From contig CAVXJS010000011.1 in NCBI GenBank assembly GCA_963762145.1, positions 544,001 through 608,000 on the forward strand: a DNA stretch of 64,000 nucleotides, in the 5' to 3' direction. The position numbers and the translations under genes are program-made. The notes below the pieces were generated by a model that had not been told where the DNA came from, searched no databases, and saw nothing but the letters and a program-made list of their open reading frames with translations. This DNA is from an uncultured Candidatus Rokubacteria bacterium (GTDB lineage Bacteria; Methylomirabilota; Methylomirabilia; Rokubacteriales; CSP1-6). Below, one piece after another: positions 1-9,212 of the stretch (position 1 is its first letter; every line of letters starts with the position of its first letter).

Positions 1-460
1 TCACCAGCTCGCGCGTCCACAGGAGCCGCATGACCTCGAGCTGCTCCTCGATCCGCTTGCCGCGATCGTGGATGTTCTCGCCGAGGGCCTCGAACTCGAC
101 CGGGCTCCAGCCGACCCCGACGCCCAGGCGCAGCCGTCCGCCCGAGAGCACGTCCACCTCGGCCGCCTGCTTGGCGACGAGCGTGGTCTGGCGCTGCGGC
201 AGGATGAGGACGCCCGTGACCAGCTCGATGCGCCGCGTGACCGCGGCACAGAACGCGAAGAGCGCGAAGGGCTCGTGGAAGGCGTGCCGGTAGTCGAACT
301 GGCTGTCCCAGCCTCCCGGCCGATCGGGGTTGGCGCCGACCACGCTGTCGAAGGCGAGCATGTGCGTGTACCCCATCGCCTCGACGGCCTGGGCATAGTC
401 GCGGATCATCGCCGGATCCTGCCCGATCTCGGTCTGGGGGAAGACCACTCCGGTCTTCAT
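1..460 (-). CDS. LLM-class (probably F420-dependent) oxidoreductase, runs off window edge
   Basis: Not in the ORF track; my translation from ATG at 460 gives MKTGVVFPQTEIGQDP...FHEPFALFAFCAAVTRRIELVTGVLILPQRQTTLVAKQAAEVDVLSGGRLRLGVGVGW, typical of the luciferase-like monooxygenase family. Confidence 0.9.
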   Translation of the reverse strand, partial: MKTGVVFPQTEIGQDPAMIRDYAQAVEAMGYTHMLAFDSVVGANPDRPGGWDSQFDYRHAFHEPFALFAFCAAVTRRIELVTGVLILPQRQTTLVAKQAAEVDVLSGGRLRLGVGVGWSPVEFEALGENIHDRGKRIEEQLEVMRLLWTRELV

Positions 461-486
461 GGGCCGATCGTCATGGCTGGCTGACC

Positions 487-1335
487 TCAGGCGCGGCCCT
501 GCGGCCCGCCGCGGAGCTTGGGATCGAGGAGATCGCGGAGCGCATCGCCCAGCATGTTGAAGCCGAAGACGGCCAGGCTGATGGCGATGCCGGGGAAGAT
601 GGCCATCCACGGGGCCTGGATCATGTAGGTCCGGCCCGAGCCGCTGAGCATGGCGCCCCAGGACGGGGTCGGGGGCGGCACGCCGAAGCCGAGAAAGCTC
701 AGCGCGGACTCGGCCAGGATCGCCACGCCGAGCCCCAGCGTGACGACCACCATGATCGGAGCGGCGATGTTGGGAAGGATGTGCCGCGCGATGATCTGCC
801 AGTCCTGGCAGCCGGTGGCCCGGGCCACCTCGATGTACTGGTTCTCCCGGATGGCCAGGACGGCGCTCCGGATGATCCGCGCGTTGCCGGCCGTGCCGCC
901 GATCCCCAGGGCCAGGATCACGTTGCCCAGGCCCTGGCCCAGCATGGCCATGATGGTCAGGAGCACCACGAGCCCCGGGAAGGCCATCAGCGTGTCGATG
1001 CACCGCTGCAGGACGATGTCGATGCGGCCCCCGTAGTAGCCGGACAGGACGCCGATGACGGTGGCCAGGAGCGTGCTGAGGGCCACCGCGCCGAGCCCGA
1101 GGAGCATGGAGATGCGCGCGCCGTGGATGACCCGGCTCAGGATGTCGCGTCCGAAATCGTCCGTGCCGAGGGGATGATGGAGGCTCGGCGCCTGCAGGCG
1201 GTCGCTCGATTTCACCTTGATCGGGTCGTAGGGCGCCAGCACCGGAGCCAGGAGCGCGGTGGCCACGAGACCGAGGATGAGGAGGCCGCCCAGCGCGCCC
1301 AGCGGCTTGCCCCGCAGCAACCTGACCACGGACAT
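487..1335 (-). CDS. Peptide/nickel ABC transporter permease (DppC/OppC-like)
   Basis: HPLGTDDFGRDILSRVIHGARISM; EAA-like loop YIEVARATG; HILPN; PPTPSWG. Confidence 0.93.
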   Translation of the reverse strand: MSVVRLLRGKPLGALGGLLILGLVATALLAPVLAPYDPIKVKSSDRLQAPSLHHPLGTDDFGRDILSRVIHGARISMLLGLGAVALSTLLATVIGVLSGYYGGRIDIVLQRCIDTLMAFPGLVVLLTIMAMLGQGLGNVILALGIGGTAGNARIIRSAVLAIRENQYIEVARATGCQDWQIIARHILPNIAAPIMVVVTLGLGVAILAESALSFLGFGVPPPTPSWGAMLSGSGRTYMIQAPWMAIFPGIAISLAVFGFNMLGDALRDLLDPKLRGGPQGRA

Positions 1336-1343
1336 GCCCGCTC

Positions 1344-2288
1344 CTATCCGAACCGGATCCGCGGGTCGAGGAAGCCGTAGACCACGTCGATCATCAGGTT
1401 GAGCACGATGACCGCGGTGGCCAGGAACAGGTTGATGCCCTGGATGACGGGGTAGTCACGCCAGGTGATGGCGTCGAGCAGGAACTTCCCCATGCCGGGG
1501 ATGACGAAGATGCTCTCCATGATGACGGTCCCGCCCAGGAGGGCCGAGAGCTGGAGGCCCATCACGGTGACCACCGGGATCATCGCGTTCTTGAGCACGT
1601 GCCGGAAGATGACGAGGGACTCCGGCAGACCCTTGGCCCACGCGGTGCGGACGTAGTCCTCGCGCAGCACCTCGAGCACCATGGAGCGCGTCATGCGCAT
1701 GACGCTGGCCGACAGGGCGAGGCCCAGGATGATGGCGGGGAGCAGGAGCTGGGAGAGGTTCTTCACCGGGTCGCGGGCGAACGGCGTGTAGCGCATCGGC
1801 GGCACCCACTGCCACCAGATCGACGCGCCCACGATGACCACGGTGGCCATCCAGAAGCTGGGGACGGACAGGCCGCCGATGGCGCCGGTCCGGAACAGGT
1901 AGTCGAGCCAGGTATCCTGCCGGACCGCCGAGAAGATGCCGGTGGGCACCGCGATCAGGAGGCCGAAGAGCATGGCGAGCACGGCCAGCTCGAGGCTGAC
2001 CGGCAGGCGGCGCAGGATCTCGTCCAGGACCGGCTCCTTGGTCCAGAACGACACGCCCAGGTCGCCCCGCAGGACTTTCCCGACATAGGTGACGTACTGG
2101 CGATGGAACGGTTGATCGAGGCCCAGCATCTGCTCGAGCTTGGTCTTGTCGGCCGCGTAGCCCTGCTCGCTCATCATGAGGGTCACGATGTCGCCGGGCA
2201 GGAGCCGGATGATGGAGAAGACCAGCAGGGTGACGAGGGCGAGCGTCGGCACCAGCAGCATGAGCCGGCGGAGAACGTAACGGGACAT
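1344..2288 (-). CDS. Peptide/nickel ABC transporter permease (DppB/OppB-like)
   Basis: LLPGD, GDLGVSF, DYVRTAWAKGL, HVLKNA, RDYPVIQG, LDPRIR. Confidence 0.93.
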   Translation of the reverse strand: MSRYVLRRLMLLVPTLALVTLLVFSIIRLLPGDIVTLMMSEQGYAADKTKLEQMLGLDQPFHRQYVTYVGKVLRGDLGVSFWTKEPVLDEILRRLPVSLELAVLAMLFGLLIAVPTGIFSAVRQDTWLDYLFRTGAIGGLSVPSFWMATVVIVGASIWWQWVPPMRYTPFARDPVKNLSQLLLPAIILGLALSASVMRMTRSMVLEVLREDYVRTAWAKGLPESLVIFRHVLKNAMIPVVTVMGLQLSALLGGTVIMESIFVIPGMGKFLLDAITWRDYPVIQGINLFLATAVIVLNLMIDVVYGFLDPRIRFG

Positions 2289-2332
2289 GGGCGGGACGTA
2301 TCCCCGGCGTGCTGCCGCTCGCTAGCCGATCC

Positions 2333-3928
2333 TCACGCCTTCTTGCCGTCGAGCCAGATCTCCTCGTAGCGCTGGTCGTAGGCGTTGATCGGCACCGTGT
2401 AGTTCTTCACCCAGGGCTGGACGCCGTAGTGCACGACCGGGGTGTAGAGGAACACGTTCGGGGCGTCGTCCAGCAGCATCCGCTGGATCTGGTGGACCAT
2501 GTCCACGCGCTTCTTCAGATCGAGGAGCTTGGCCTGCTCGTCGATGAGGCGGTGGATCTCCTTGTTGCCCCACCGGTAGTACGTGGCGGTGGCGCCGTAG
2601 TACGGACGGATGGCCTCCTCGGGCTCCTCTCCGGTGAGCGCGGTGTGCACGCTCATCGAGTAGTCGTACGAGTAGCTCTTGTTGTAGTACTGGGCCATCT
2701 CCATGGGCTTCAGGTTGACCTGGATGCCCACCTTGGCGAGCTGATCCTTCACCACCTGGGCGCTCTTCACGTTGTCGCCGGGGCTGCCGACGATGAGCTC
2801 GGTCTCGAAGCCGTTGGGGTAGCCCGCCTCGGTGAGCAGGCGCTTGGCCTTCTTGAGATCGAACTCCGGCCGCGCGGACGCGGGCAGGGCCCACGGCTTC
2901 CGGTAGGTGGGGATGGGGCCGGTCATGGTCGCGCCCCAGCCGCTCCGCACGATCTCGATGAACTCCTCCTGCCGGATGGCGGCCTGGATGGCCTGGCGCA
3001 CCTTCTTCTCGGTGAAGGGGGGCTTGAGCGGGCGCTGCTCGTCGTAGGGCCGCGTCCGCAGCACGATGGGGAACATCGTGGTGATCTCGGCCACCGTGAT
3101 CCGGGCGTTCGAGGCCTTGATCGAGGGCACGTCGGCGAACTCGAGCAGGGAGATGTCGGTCTGCTGCCCGCGGAACGCGGCGGTGGCCGCGGCGGGATCG
3201 ATGACGTACTGGATGCGGACCTCGTCCAGGTAGGGCAGCCCCTTCTTGAAGTAGTGCGGGTTCTTGACGAACAGCGCCTCCTGCTCGCGCCGGTACTCCT
3301 GCATGATGAACGGCCCGGTGCCGATCGCGTGGCGCTGCAGATCGCCGTGCTTCTCCACCACCTCGCGCGCCACGATCACCGTCCAGGGATTGGCGATGTA
3401 GTTCAGGAACGGCGCGTACGGCTCCTTGGTCTTGAAGACGATCGTGTACTTGTCCGGGGTCTGGATGCTGGCCAGCTTGCCCAGGAAGAAGTAGGCGTGC
3501 TGGAACTTCCCCGGCTGGTCCGTCATCTGACGCTCGATGCTGTACTTGACGTCCTCCGACGTGAGCTCCCGCCCGTTCACCGGCGGCACGTTGTGGAACT
3601 TGACGCCCTGTCGCAGCTTGAAGGAGTACGTGACGTCGTCCTTCTGCTCCCAGCTCTCGGCCAGGTCCGGCAGGATCTTCGTGCCGTCGTGGTTGAACTT
3701 CAGGAGGGCGTTGTACGTCTGGTGGATCACCTGCAGCGCGGCGCCCCACGTCTCGAGGTGCGGGTCGATGCCGCGGATGGGTCCGCTCCGTACCACCAGG
3801 GTGCCGCCTCGCTTGGCGTCGCCCTTGTCCTGGCCCCACGCGATCCGGGGTGAGGCCGCCGCCAGGCCCGCGCCGACGACCCCGGCATGGAGAAAGCTAC
3901 GTCGCGACACGTGATCGGCAGGCTTCAT
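2333..3928 (-). CDS. Family-5 ABC solute-binding protein with Tat signal
   Basis: Start moved to ATG 3928 (GGGAG RBS upstream); SRRSFL Tat motif; PDLAESW, FKLRQGVKFHN, IGTGPF. Confidence 0.92.
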   Translation of the reverse strand: MKPADHVSRRSFLHAGVVGAGLAAASPRIAWGQDKGDAKRGGTLVVRSGPIRGIDPHLETWGAALQVIHQTYNALLKFNHDGTKILPDLAESWEQKDDVTYSFKLRQGVKFHNVPPVNGRELTSEDVKYSIERQMTDQPGKFQHAYFFLGKLASIQTPDKYTIVFKTKEPYAPFLNYIANPWTVIVAREVVEKHGDLQRHAIGTGPFIMQEYRREQEALFVKNPHYFKKGLPYLDEVRIQYVIDPAAATAAFRGQQTDISLLEFADVPSIKASNARITVAEITTMFPIVLRTRPYDEQRPLKPPFTEKKVRQAIQAAIRQEEFIEIVRSGWGATMTGPIPTYRKPWALPASARPEFDLKKAKRLLTEAGYPNGFETELIVGSPGDNVKSAQVVKDQLAKVGIQVNLKPMEMAQYYNKSYSYDYSMSVHTALTGEEPEEAIRPYYGATATYYRWGNKEIHRLIDEQAKLLDLKKRVDMVHQIQRMLLDDAPNVFLYTPVVHYGVQPWVKNYTVPINAYDQRYEEIWLDGKKA

Positions 3929-4049
3929 GGCGAGTCTCCCTGTTCTCCGTTGAGCAGGTCCCGTGGTGGTGGCTCGGAGGATGGCCTGTCCGACGGTCGG
4001 AGTCAAGGACCCGGGCGCCGTCCCGTATACTCGAGGCGAGGAGGCCCGC

Positions 4050-4355
4050 ATGCGTCCCGCTCCGGTTCATGCTCCCCGCCGCGCCACGTTCTCCGTGGGG
4101 GGCCGGCGCCTCGGGGCCCGTGTCGCCGCCGACGTGGACGGCTACACCGTGGAGTCGACCGACTTCCCGGCCTGCTGGGCGTTCGCGCCCACGCTGGATG
4201 GAGCGCTGGAGAGCCTCGCCGAGCAGGTCGCCCCCGCCCTCGCGGCTCGGCCGCTCCCGCCGCTGCCCCCCCACTCGCTGGACCGTCGTCCCGATCTGCG
4301 GGCCAGGTTCGCCCGCGTGGTGGCCCGCGCGCTCGGCCACCGGATCGACTCCTAG
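4050..4355 (+). CDS. Small hypothetical protein, weak HicB-like N-terminal fold
   Basis: GAGGAGG RBS before ATG 4050 and TATACT upstream; segment DGYTVESTDFPACWAFAPTLDGALESL resembles the HicB pattern. Confidence 0.5.
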   Translation: MRPAPVHAPRRATFSVGGRRLGARVAADVDGYTVESTDFPACWAFAPTLDGALESLAEQVAPALAARPLPPLPPHSLDRRPDLRARFARVVARALGHRIDS

Positions 4356-4434
4356 CGGCCGGATCGGGAATGAGGGAGCGCCGTCCGATTGCACGGCGCT
4401 CCACGGTGCCGCTATACTCAGCGTCGCCTGAAAC

Positions 4435-7400
4435 ATGCACGACGACCCTGGCGGTTCCGACCCCGGTGCGGCAGCCGCGTGGCTCGCGGGCGGTGGCGAG
4501 ATGGGCGGGCGCATCCGCCGCCTGGAGTGGGCGTCCACTCCGCTGGGCCCCACCGACACGTGGCCGCAGAGTCTCCGCAGCGCCGTCAGCATCCTGCTGC
4601 CCTCGAAGGCGCAGATCTGCCTGTTCTGGGGATCGGAGCTGATCAAGCTCTACAACGACGCCTACATCCCGGTCCTCGGCCAGAAGCATCCCGGGAGCCT
4701 GGGCCACCCGGCGCGCGAGGTATGGGTCGAGATCTGGGAGGTCCTGGGGCCCTTGCTGGAGGGCGTCGTCGCCACCGGCGAGGCGTTTCGCGGCGTGGAC
4801 TACCCCTTCTACCTCGATCGCCACGGCTTCACCGAGGAGACGTACTTCGACGTCTCGTATGACCCGGTGCGGGACGAATCCGGCAAGGTGGGCGGCGTGT
4901 TCTGCATCGTCAGCGAGACCACCGGCCGGGTCCTGAGCGAGCGGCGCCTCCGGACCCTGCGCGATCTGGGACGGGCCAGGGAAGGCCGGTCGCCGGCGGA
5001 GGCGGGCACCCTGGCGTTGGCCGCGCTCGCGGCGAATCCCAAGGACGTGCCGTTCGTGAGCCTCTATCTGCTCGACGGGGGCGGCTCCGTCGCGAACGCC
5101 CTGGGCTCGGTCGGTGTTCCGGCCGGCGGCGCCCTCAGCCCGGCGGAGATCGCGCTGGATGACCCCCGATGGGGCCTCGCCGAGATCGCCCGGAGCGGCC
5201 GACCCCGTGTCCTGCAGGCGGACCCCGCGGGCGCGCCCGAGGCCGCCGCCCCGGACCGGACGCTGATCCATCCGATCCTCCGAGCGGGCCAGTGTGCCGG
5301 ATTCATGATCGCGAGGACCAGCCGCTTCGCGGCGCTCGAGGGCGACTATCGCGATTTCTTCGACCTGGTCGCCGCCCAGATCGGAACCGCGGTGACGCAG
5401 GCGTCCTCCTACGAGGAGGAGCGGAAGCGGGCCGAGGCGCTCGCCGAGCTCGACCGCGCGAAGACGACGTTCTTCAGCAACATCAGCCACGAGTTCCGGA
5501 CGCCCCTGACGCTGATGCTCGGGCCGCTCGAGGACCTGTTGCAGGGGATGCCGGCGGTCGGCCGCCCGGACTATCGCGAGTCGCTCGTGGTGATTCACCG
5601 CAACGGCCGGCGCCTGCTCAAGCTGGTCAACGCGCTACTCGATTTTTCCCGGATCCAGGCCGGGCGGCACGACGCCCGCTACGAGCCGACCGACCTCGGC
5701 GCGGTCACCGCGGAGCTGGCAGCCGTCTTCCGCTCGGCGATCGAGCAGGCGGGGCTCACCTTCGACGTGCGCTCCCCCGCCGGGGCCGCGCCGGTGTACG
5801 TCGATCGCGGGATGTGGGAGAAGATCGTCCTGAACCTGCTGTCCAACGCGTTCAAGTTCACGTTCGAGGGGGCGATCGCGGTCGAGCTCGTCGATCGGGC
5901 GGCGTCGGTCGAGCTGATCGTGCGCGACAGCGGCATCGGCATCTCGCCGGCCGAGATCGATCGCGTCTTCGACCGCTTCCACCGGGTCGAGAACGCACGC
6001 GCCCGTACGCACGAGGGCTCGGGCATCGGCCTCGCGATGGTGCAGGAGCTGGTGCGCCTGCATGGAGGGACGGTACGGGTCGAGAGCGTGCCCGGCCGGG
6101 GCAGCGCGTTCACGGTGACGCTGCCCCGGGGGAAGGCGCACCTGCCGCCGGCCCGGATCGTGGCCGGCTCCACCGGCGCGGACCGGACCAGCCTCGGCGA
6201 GTTCTTCGTGGAGGAGGCGCTCGGCTGGCTTCCCGATGCCGACCCCTCGGTGGAGGAGACGGCCGGGTCGATTCCCGAGCCCGACGGCAGCGCGGCGACG
6301 GCGGGGCGCGTCCGCATCCTGGTCGCCGACGACAACGCGGACATGCGGGAGTACGTGACCCGGCTCCTCCGCTCGCACTGGGACGTCGAGGGTGTCGGCG
6401 ACGGCCACGCGGCGCTGGCCGCGCTCCGGGCCCGTCCGGCCGGGCTCCTGCTGGCCGACGTCATGATGCCCGGCCTCGACGGGTTTGGCCTGCTGCGCGC
6501 GGTGCGCGACGACCCCGCGACGCGCGACACGCCGGTCATCCTGCTGTCGGCCCGGGCGGGCGAGGAGTCGCGCGTCGAAGGGCTGGAGGCGGGTGCCGAC
6601 GACTACGTGATCAAGCCGTTCTCGGCGCGAGAGCTCCTCGCCCGGATCGAGGCGACCCTCCGGCTGCGCCAGCTGCGCGAGCAGGCGGAGGCCGAGCGCC
6701 GGGTCCTGCTCGATCGGGAGCAGGTGGCGCGCCGGGAGGCGGAGGAGAAGACCGAGATCCTCGAGACGATCAACCGCATCGGGCAGCGGCTGACCGCCCA
6801 GACCGATCTCGCCGCGCTCGTCCAGTCGTTCACGGATGAGGCCACCCGGCTGACCGGCGCTCGGTTCGGCGCGTTCTTCTACAATGTCGTCGGCGCGCCG
6901 GGCGAATCGTACACGCTGTACACCATCTCGGGCGTGCCGCGGGAAGCATTCGAGAAGTTTCCCCTGCCGCGCAACACCGACCTGTTCGGACCGACCTTCC
7001 GGGGTGAGCGCATCATCCGGCTCGCCGACGTGAAGCAGGACCCGCGCTACGGCCGCAATGCGCCGCACTTCGGCATGCCGCGGGGGCATCTGCCGGTGAC
7101 GAGCTATCTCGCGGTGCCCGTCGTCTCCCGCACCGGTGACGTGATCGGCGGCCTCTTCCTGGGCCACGAGCAGGCCGGCGTGTTCCCGGAGCGGCTCGAG
7201 CCGATCATGGCCGGGGTGGCGGCGCAGCTCGCGATCGCGATCGACAACGCGCGCCTGCTCGAGAAGGAGCAGCGGGCCCGCGCCGCGGCCGAGGAGGCGA
7301 GCCGGGCGAAGGACGAGTTCCTCGCGGTGCTCTCGCACGAGCTCCGCACCCCGCTGAACGCGGTCTACGGCTGGGCGCGCATGCTGCGGGCGAGAGAGGT

Positions 7401-8451
7401 CGAGGGGGAGGCCGCGAAGCGGGCGCTGGACGTCATCATGCGGAACGCGGACGCCCAGGTTCAGCTCATCGACGACATGCTGGACGTGTCCCGCATCGTC
7501 TCCGGCCGGATGCGGCTCGACGTGCGCCCGGTCGATCTGCGGGCCGTCGTGGACGCCGCGCTCGATGCGGTCCGCCCCGCCGCCGAGGCCAAGGACCTCC
7601 GGCTGCAGGCGGTGCTCGATCCCAAGGCATTCGCGATCTCCGGGGACCCCGACCGGCTCCAGCAGGTCGTCTGGAACCTGCTCATCAATGCGGTGAAGTT
7701 CACCGAGCGGGGCGGGCGGGTCCAGGTCGAGCTGCAGCGGGCGAACTCACGCGTGCAGATCATCGTCAGCGACACCGGGCAGGGCATCGGTCCGGACGTG
7801 CTGCCGCACGTGTTCGAGCGCTTCCAGCAGGGCGACAGCACGTCGACGCGGCGTCACGCCGGGCTCGGCCTGGGCCTGGCGCTCGTCCGGCATCTCGTCG
7901 AGCTGCACGGGGGCACCGTCGAAGCGTTCAGCGCCGGGGAGGGCCAGGGCTCCGTCTTCACCGTGAACCTTCCCGTGGCCATCGCGCGCGACGCCACCGC
8001 GGGGGAGATGCCGCCCGCGGGCGCGCGCGTGCACCCGACGGCCGTCGTGACCGACGGGCCGCGAGGCCCATCGCTGCAGGGCCTGCGAATCCTCGTCGTG
8101 GACGACGACCGGGACGGGCTCGACCTGGCCGCGACGATCCTGACCAACAGCGGCGCCCAGGTCCAGACCGCCAGGTCGGCCGCCGAGGGCTTCGAGATCC
8201 TCCGGACGTGGCGGCCGGATGTCCTCGTCTCCGACATCGAGATGCCCGCCGAGGACGGTTATGCGTTCATCCGGCGGGTGCGCGGGCTCGACGGCCCGAT
8301 CGCCCGGACCCCGGCGGTGGCCCTCACCGCCTACGGTCGCGTCGAGGAGCGGCTGCGCACGCTCGCGGCCGGCTACAGCATGCACGTCCCGAAGCCGGTG
8401 GATCCCGCCGAACTGGCCACCATCGTGGCCAGCCTCGCGGGGCGCACCTGA
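4435..8451 (+). CDS. Double hybrid sensor histidine kinase (PAS/GAF-HisKA-HATPase-REC-GAF-HisKA-HATPase-REC)
   Basis: Two H-boxes (SHEFRTPL, SHELRTPL), two N/G boxes (NAFKFT/GSGIGL, NAVKFT/GLGLGL), two receivers (VADDN...DVMMP, VVDDD...DIEMP). Confidence 0.95.
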   Translation: MHDDPGGSDPGAAAAWLAGGGEMGGRIRRLEWASTPLGPTDTWPQSLRSAVSILLPSKAQICLFWGSELIKLYNDAYIPVLGQKHPGSLGHPAREVWVEIWEVLGPLLEGVVATGEAFRGVDYPFYLDRHGFTEETYFDVSYDPVRDESGKVGGVFCIVSETTGRVLSERRLRTLRDLGRAREGRSPAEAGTLALAALAANPKDVPFVSLYLLDGGGSVANALGSVGVPAGGALSPAEIALDDPRWGLAEIARSGRPRVLQADPAGAPEAAAPDRTLIHPILRAGQCAGFMIARTSRFAALEGDYRDFFDLVAAQIGTAVTQASSYEEERKRAEALAELDRAKTTFFSNISHEFRTPLTLMLGPLEDLLQGMPAVGRPDYRESLVVIHRNGRRLLKLVNALLDFSRIQAGRHDARYEPTDLGAVTAELAAVFRSAIEQAGLTFDVRSPAGAAPVYVDRGMWEKIVLNLLSNAFKFTFEGAIAVELVDRAASVELIVRDSGIGISPAEIDRVFDRFHRVENARARTHEGSGIGLAMVQELVRLHGGTVRVESVPGRGSAFTVTLPRGKAHLPPARIVAGSTGADRTSLGEFFVEEALGWLPDADPSVEETAGSIPEPDGSAATAGRVRILVADDNADMREYVTRLLRSHWDVEGVGDGHAALAALRARPAGLLLADVMMPGLDGFGLLRAVRDDPATRDTPVILLSARAGEESRVEGLEAGADDYVIKPFSARELLARIEATLRLRQLREQAEAERRVLLDREQVARREAEEKTEILETINRIGQRLTAQTDLAALVQSFTDEATRLTGARFGAFFYNVVGAPGESYTLYTISGVPREAFEKFPLPRNTDLFGPTFRGERIIRLADVKQDPRYGRNAPHFGMPRGHLPVTSYLAVPVVSRTGDVIGGLFLGHEQAGVFPERLEPIMAGVAAQLAIAIDNARLLEKEQRARAAAEEASRAKDEFLAVLSHELRTPLNAVYGWARMLRAREVEGEAAKRALDVIMRNADAQVQLIDDMLDVSRIVSGRMRLDVRPVDLRAVVDAALDAVRPAAEAKDLRLQAVLDPKAFAISGDPDRLQQVVWNLLINAVKFTERGGRVQVELQRANSRVQIIVSDTGQGIGPDVLPHVFERFQQGDSTSTRRHAGLGLGLALVRHLVELHGGTVEAFSAGEGQGSVFTVNLPVAIARDATAGEMPPAGARVHPTAVVTDGPRGPSLQGLRILVVDDDRDGLDLAATILTNSGAQVQTARSAAEGFEILRTWRPDVLVSDIEMPAEDGYAFIRRVRGLDGPIARTPAVALTAYGRVEERLRTLAAGYSMHVPKPVDPAELATIVASLAGRT

Positions 8452-8455
8452 CCCG

Positions 8456-9130
8456 CTAGGCGAAGGGATCGACCTCGTCGGCGTAGCACACCGGCGAGGC
8501 CAGCGCGCCCGGCTTGCCCGGGGTCGCCGCTCCGAGGAAGGCGAGCCCGGCCGGGTCGCGCCGGTACACGCCGCGCTCGGTCACGATCCAGTCCATCGGC
8601 ACGTCCCAGGCCTGGGGCCGGATGGTCGGCAGCCGGCCCAGCTCGTAGCCGACGCCGATGGCGATGGGCCGCCCCGGCCGGCCCGCCAGGGACCGGTCGA
8701 AGAACCCACCCCCGTAGCCCAGACGATGACCGGCGTCGTCCCAGCCGTTGAGCGGCACCAGCACGACGGTGGGCACGACCGGCTCGGAGCTCGCCGGATA
8801 GGGGATGCCGAGCGCGCCCGTGGCGAGCGCCACGCCGGGATGCCACTCGCGGAAGACGAGCGGCCGGCGCGGCGCCACGACCACCGGCAGCGCCGTCACC
8901 GCGCCGCGCGCGCGCAGTGCGTCGGCCAGGGGGCGCGCGTCGTACTCTCCGCGCATCGGCCAGCAGAACGCCACCGTCGCGCCCGCCAGGCCGGGGAACG
9001 CGCGCTCCAGATGGGCGTCGATGCGCCGGCGGAAGTCCTCGAGCGTGGCGGGGTCGAGGCGCTCGCGCGCGGCGATCAGCCGCTGGCGCTCGGCCGCCCG
9101 CCAGGTGGAGAGCTCGTCGGAGGTCATCAC
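8456..9130 (-). CDS. ygfA: 5-formyltetrahydrofolate cyclo-ligase
   Basis: VLVPLNGWDDAGHRLGYGGGFFDR and WDVPMDWIVTE motifs. Confidence 0.9.
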   Translation of the reverse strand: MMTSDELSTWRAAERQRLIAARERLDPATLEDFRRRIDAHLERAFPGLAGATVAFCWPMRGEYDARPLADALRARGAVTALPVVVAPRRPLVFREWHPGVALATGALGIPYPASSEPVVPTVVLVPLNGWDDAGHRLGYGGGFFDRSLAGRPGRPIAIGVGYELGRLPTIRPQAWDVPMDWIVTERGVYRRDPAGLAFLGAATPGKPGALASPVCYADEVDPFA

Positions 9131-9212
9131 GCCGTCATGTTATATATACCCCCCATGCCGACCTTTCGACACGGCGACGCCACGATCTACTAGAGGCGGG
9201 GGAGGAACCGCG

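Noticed and set aside
9131-9212. 6S RNA upstream of ygfA, as in many Proteobacteria
   Set aside because: Only about 80 nt separate ygfA from the divergent htpG, too short for 6S RNA.
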